From Octopus vulgaris (taxonomy: Eukaryota): a stretch of DNA of 64,000 nt. The translations under genes and the position numbers were made by a program. Below, one piece after another: positions 60,370 through 64,000 of the stretch. How positions within the stretch are numbered: position 1 is the stretch's first letter; each line of letters begins with the position of its first letter. The notes under the pieces are model-generated. The model was given only the letters and a program-made list of their open reading frames with translations, was not told the origin of the DNA and made no database searches. The stretch covers positions 44,330,001 through 44,394,000 of the forward strand of contig OX597837.1 of assembly GCA_951406725.2 (NCBI GenBank), in the 5' to 3' direction.

Positions 60370-60496
60370 CATGCATAAACACATATATATATCTGAATAC
60401 GTATATTTATGAATCCATATATGCATTACAATGAGTAGGTTGTTTTGCTGATTAAACGAATGGAATAATAACTGATTGTAAATCCATCATCAAAGC

Positions 60497-60549
<53 letters not shown>

Positions 60550-60665
60550 TGTATGTATGTATGTGTGTGTTTGTACATTTATATTCCTTTTCTAACGCGT
60601 ATGTCTATGTGCATATATAATCTTAATACGTGTATTCATGTTATGTTTGATTAATCCTCGCGCAC

Positions 60666-60707
<42 letters not shown>

Positions 60708-60984
60708 GTAGTAGTAGTAGTAGTAGTAGTAGCAGCAACAGCAGCAGCATTCAATTTTGTGCTTTGAAAAAAAAATAATAAAACCCTGGTTCATAAAACG
60801 GTTTGGAAGCTGACCAAAACATGAATTTTCTTTAAACTTACTGTAATCCCAAAGCCATGCAAAATTCATAAATTTTAAACATTAGGCACTGCACGTCACC
60901 GGTTACCATATCATAGTCATCTGCATACATACAATAAACCTAGCGTTTCTGCCCGTTTAGCACCATTTTTCTTAGACTATGATA

Positions 60985-61822
60985 GTTTCAAATTTTGGCC
61001 AGCAATTTCGGAGAAGGGCGTAGGTCAATTAGATCGACCCTTGTACTGAACTCAGCGGAATTTGAATTCCGAAAGTTAAAACGGAGGAAATACCGCTAAG
61101 CATTTTGTCCGGTGCGGTAACGACTCTGCCAGCTGGCCGCCCTAATAGACGATTTAATAATGATTTCAGATTTTGGCGGAAGGCCAGGAATTTTGAGGAT
61201 GGGGCTAAGTCGTTTAGATGGACCCAATTCTCAACTGGTACTTATTTTTATTGACTCTGAAAGGCTGAAAGGCAAAGTTAACCCCGCCGGCATTTGAACA
61301 CAGAATGTAAAAACGGACGAAATGTCGCTAAGCATTTTACCCGTCGTGCTAACGATTTTGCCAACTCACCGCCTGTTTAGACAATTTAATAATTCTTTCT
61401 ACTATAGGCACAAGACCAAAAGTTTTTTTGTGGGGGAGTAGTCGATTATATCGACCCCAGTGCGTAACTGGTACTTAATTTATCGACCCCACACAAAGGA
61501 TGAAAAGCTTAGTCGACTTCAGCGGAATTTGAACTCAGAACGTAGCGGCAGACGAAATATCACTAACCATTTCGCCCGGCATGCTAACGATTCTTATTTC
61601 TAAACTGCCCACAAGGGGCTAAACATAGAGGTGTCAAACAAGGACAGACAAACGGATTAAGTCGATTATATCGACCCGAGTGCGTAACTGGTACTTATTT
61701 AATCGATCCCGAAAATATGAAAGGCAAAGTCGACTTCGGCGGAAGCTGAACTCAGAACGTAGCGGTAAACGAAATATCACTAAGCATTTCGCCCGGCGTG
61801 CTAACGTTTCTGCCAGCTCGCC
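60985..61822 (-). repeat. Cluster of SINE A-related copies
   Basis: Four head/core segments; tail-to-AGAA junction near 61590. Confidence 0.85.
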
Positions 61823-63334
61823 GGACTTGTACCTCGGAGGGGAACTTTCTAGGTTCAATCCCATGGTTATTCAAGACAGAAGAGGGTCTTTACCCTTTAC
61901 CTTTTATGGTATGCCTGAAAGCGCCGGGCTCGCCGAATCCTTAACACGTCGAATAAAATGCTTACTCAACATTTCTTCCTTCTTTTTACGTTCTGAGTTC
62001 AAATCCTGCTGGGGTCAACTTTGCCTTTTTTATCATTGTTTTTGGGTGGAGTTGATGAAATAAAGTAGCAGATTAACCTTGGGATCGATGTTATCGACTT
62101 GCCCCCTCCCCTCAAAATTACTGGTCATGAAACCTGCAACAGACTAGAGTCCCGTCCAGGGAGATTGATGTAATCCCGGTCACTTAGACGCTATGGAAAA
62201 CACGCCTTTTGAGTTCCAGGATAAGCAGAAAAAAAAAAAAAAAAAATAAAGGTGTCTTGGAGGAAGATTTGGATACTATTTCTAGCAGATCAAGCGACCG
62301 CTTAGAAATCTCTCTCATTTGTCAACCAGTTTGATAAATAATATTTATAAATTAGATTTGGCATTTAGAAACAAATATCTTTTAATACTCTTTCTAACAA
62401 GCTTAATCTTGATTAAAAGAAAACGATTTTTCCTTAATCAGTAATGTTTGTTTGTCATAACATTCAGCACCATTCTCCAACCTACCACATCGCTCCCCAC
62501 TACAATGGACCTTAATATACCCTCTCCACACTACATCGTACAACTCCATACACACTACATCACCGCGCAGTATATCTTCCCTTTCTGTCTTAAAAGTAGT
62601 TCAGTGTTGCCTACGGCAATTGTCAACTATTCACATATAATCTATCTCTGTTGGTCTGTTAGCAACCACTCAACTAACCGAGCGACAAATTAAGGCGACA
62701 GTCAACTTAGTTACAAATTAGCTAGGCGCCATTTTAACTGAACAACAAGACAACATGGCGGCGAGCAAACGAATGGAAGCTAAGTGGACAACACTGGCCA
62801 GGATTAATAATAGGGACAACGATCAAACTGACCACCACTTACAACCTTGATCTAGCAATGACGTTTCAGTGGACAACACTTACCAGGATTAATAATGTGA
62901 GAAAGGGTGGGGTTGGGGGAAGAGGGCTTCTAGATTACAATATACAACCTTGACCTTGCTTAGGTCTACCCTGGAGGGGACATGCTCGTAAACTAAAATA
63001 AACTAAACAAAACTTTCCAGGGTCTGGCCTGGAAGGTCCTTAGGTCTCAGGAGATACAGGAATAATAAAACACCTATGAATCCCCTTGGAATCTCGGATT
63101 AAGTAGACCTATAATCAAAAGCCTTCTAGTTCTGAAAATGTCGTCTTTTTAGGGGTATGTAGGGTTATGTTATCCAATACTTTTACTCTTTAATTAAGGG
63201 AGCAGGGTGTCATGATCTATTTCTAGCGGGTCAAGTGACCGGGCGTGCAGAGAAGCTTCGCAAGTTGGTACTCATATCTAATACGTAGACAGAAAACGTG
63301 GGGCGTTAATTAAAGAATGTCGTCCATATCTAGC

Positions 63335-63440
63335 CAGTCACCTTGTTGAAAATAGCAGTCGAAAAGCCCTCAGATCCTTCATAGACAAAAAGATGAAATG
63401 CATCAATCCTTCATCTGCCCAGTCCTTCATCTCCAGAATG
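63335..63440 (-). pseudogene. Possible RTE-like LINE fragment
   Basis: RIDAFHLF followed by frameshifted CL*RI...KVT, resembling the RIDAFE..C.RRIL...KVTN motif. Confidence 0.35.
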
Positions 63441-64000
63441 TCGTCTTTCTGGAGTTACTTCCTGCATTTCTGTATGTCTGCCAGTTTGTCTACCTGTCCA
63501 CCGACCCACCTCTCTCTCTATCTAGCTATCTGCGTGTCTGTTTGTTTGTCTGTCCCTCCCTCCCTCCATCCATCCATCCATCTATCCATCTATCCATCCA
63601 TCTAGCTAGCCAGCTACCCATCGATGTGTACAGACACCCTCCACACACACACACACATATATATATTTATATAATAGTAACTGTTGTACAGAACAACACA
63701 AGGGCTGTGGTCAAAATCTTGGCCAAAATCAACACATATACAAACCGGGGGCATAACAATATGTCCTTATGTTCCTTGAATATGTGTTCATTTTGACCAG
63801 GAATAACTTGATACCTGAATCTGCCTTCCTCTATTGAATTTTGATATATACATATATATATATATATATGTATGTATCACTGTCCCGTTCTTGTTACCAC
63901 TTTCACTCTCTGCAAAAAATCCCAAATTTTATTTAATTTGCTTTGCGGGAAGGATTGTTTCAACGAAGTCGCGTATTGTCCTTACCTTCGAAAAGGCGGA

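Noticed and set aside
63370-63470. + strand exon candidate ending in GTATGT
   Set aside because: Weak acceptor; better explained as an antisense LINE fragment

Overview
AT-rich, repeat-saturated eukaryotic DNA, most consistent with a cephalopod (Octopus-like) intron or intergenic region. That assignment is inferred from the SINE repertoire and the density of (TA)n, (CA)n, (TATC)n and (TATG)n microsatellites. No complete protein-coding gene is present, and almost all ORF-track entries are microsatellite or SINE artefacts. Recognisable content: four tRNA-headed SINE families (called A-D here), decayed Tc1/mariner elements, Tigger-like and hAT-like MITEs, two non-autonomous Helitron-like elements, LINE 3' fragments, and a Penelope-like (PLE) RT/GIY-YIG remnant. 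There are also a few isolated exon candidates. Two signals stand out. (1) Several minimal type I hammerhead ribozymes belong to unrelated short PLE-like repeats, four with an intact CUGANGA/GAAA core, plus a multi-copy family whose core reads CUGU(A/U)GA. (2) SINE family A appears to insert into its own copies at two internal 4-nt motifs that also occur at its ordinary insertion sites, building head-less ~191-bp tandem arrays. All structures were read by eye; element boundaries are approximate.
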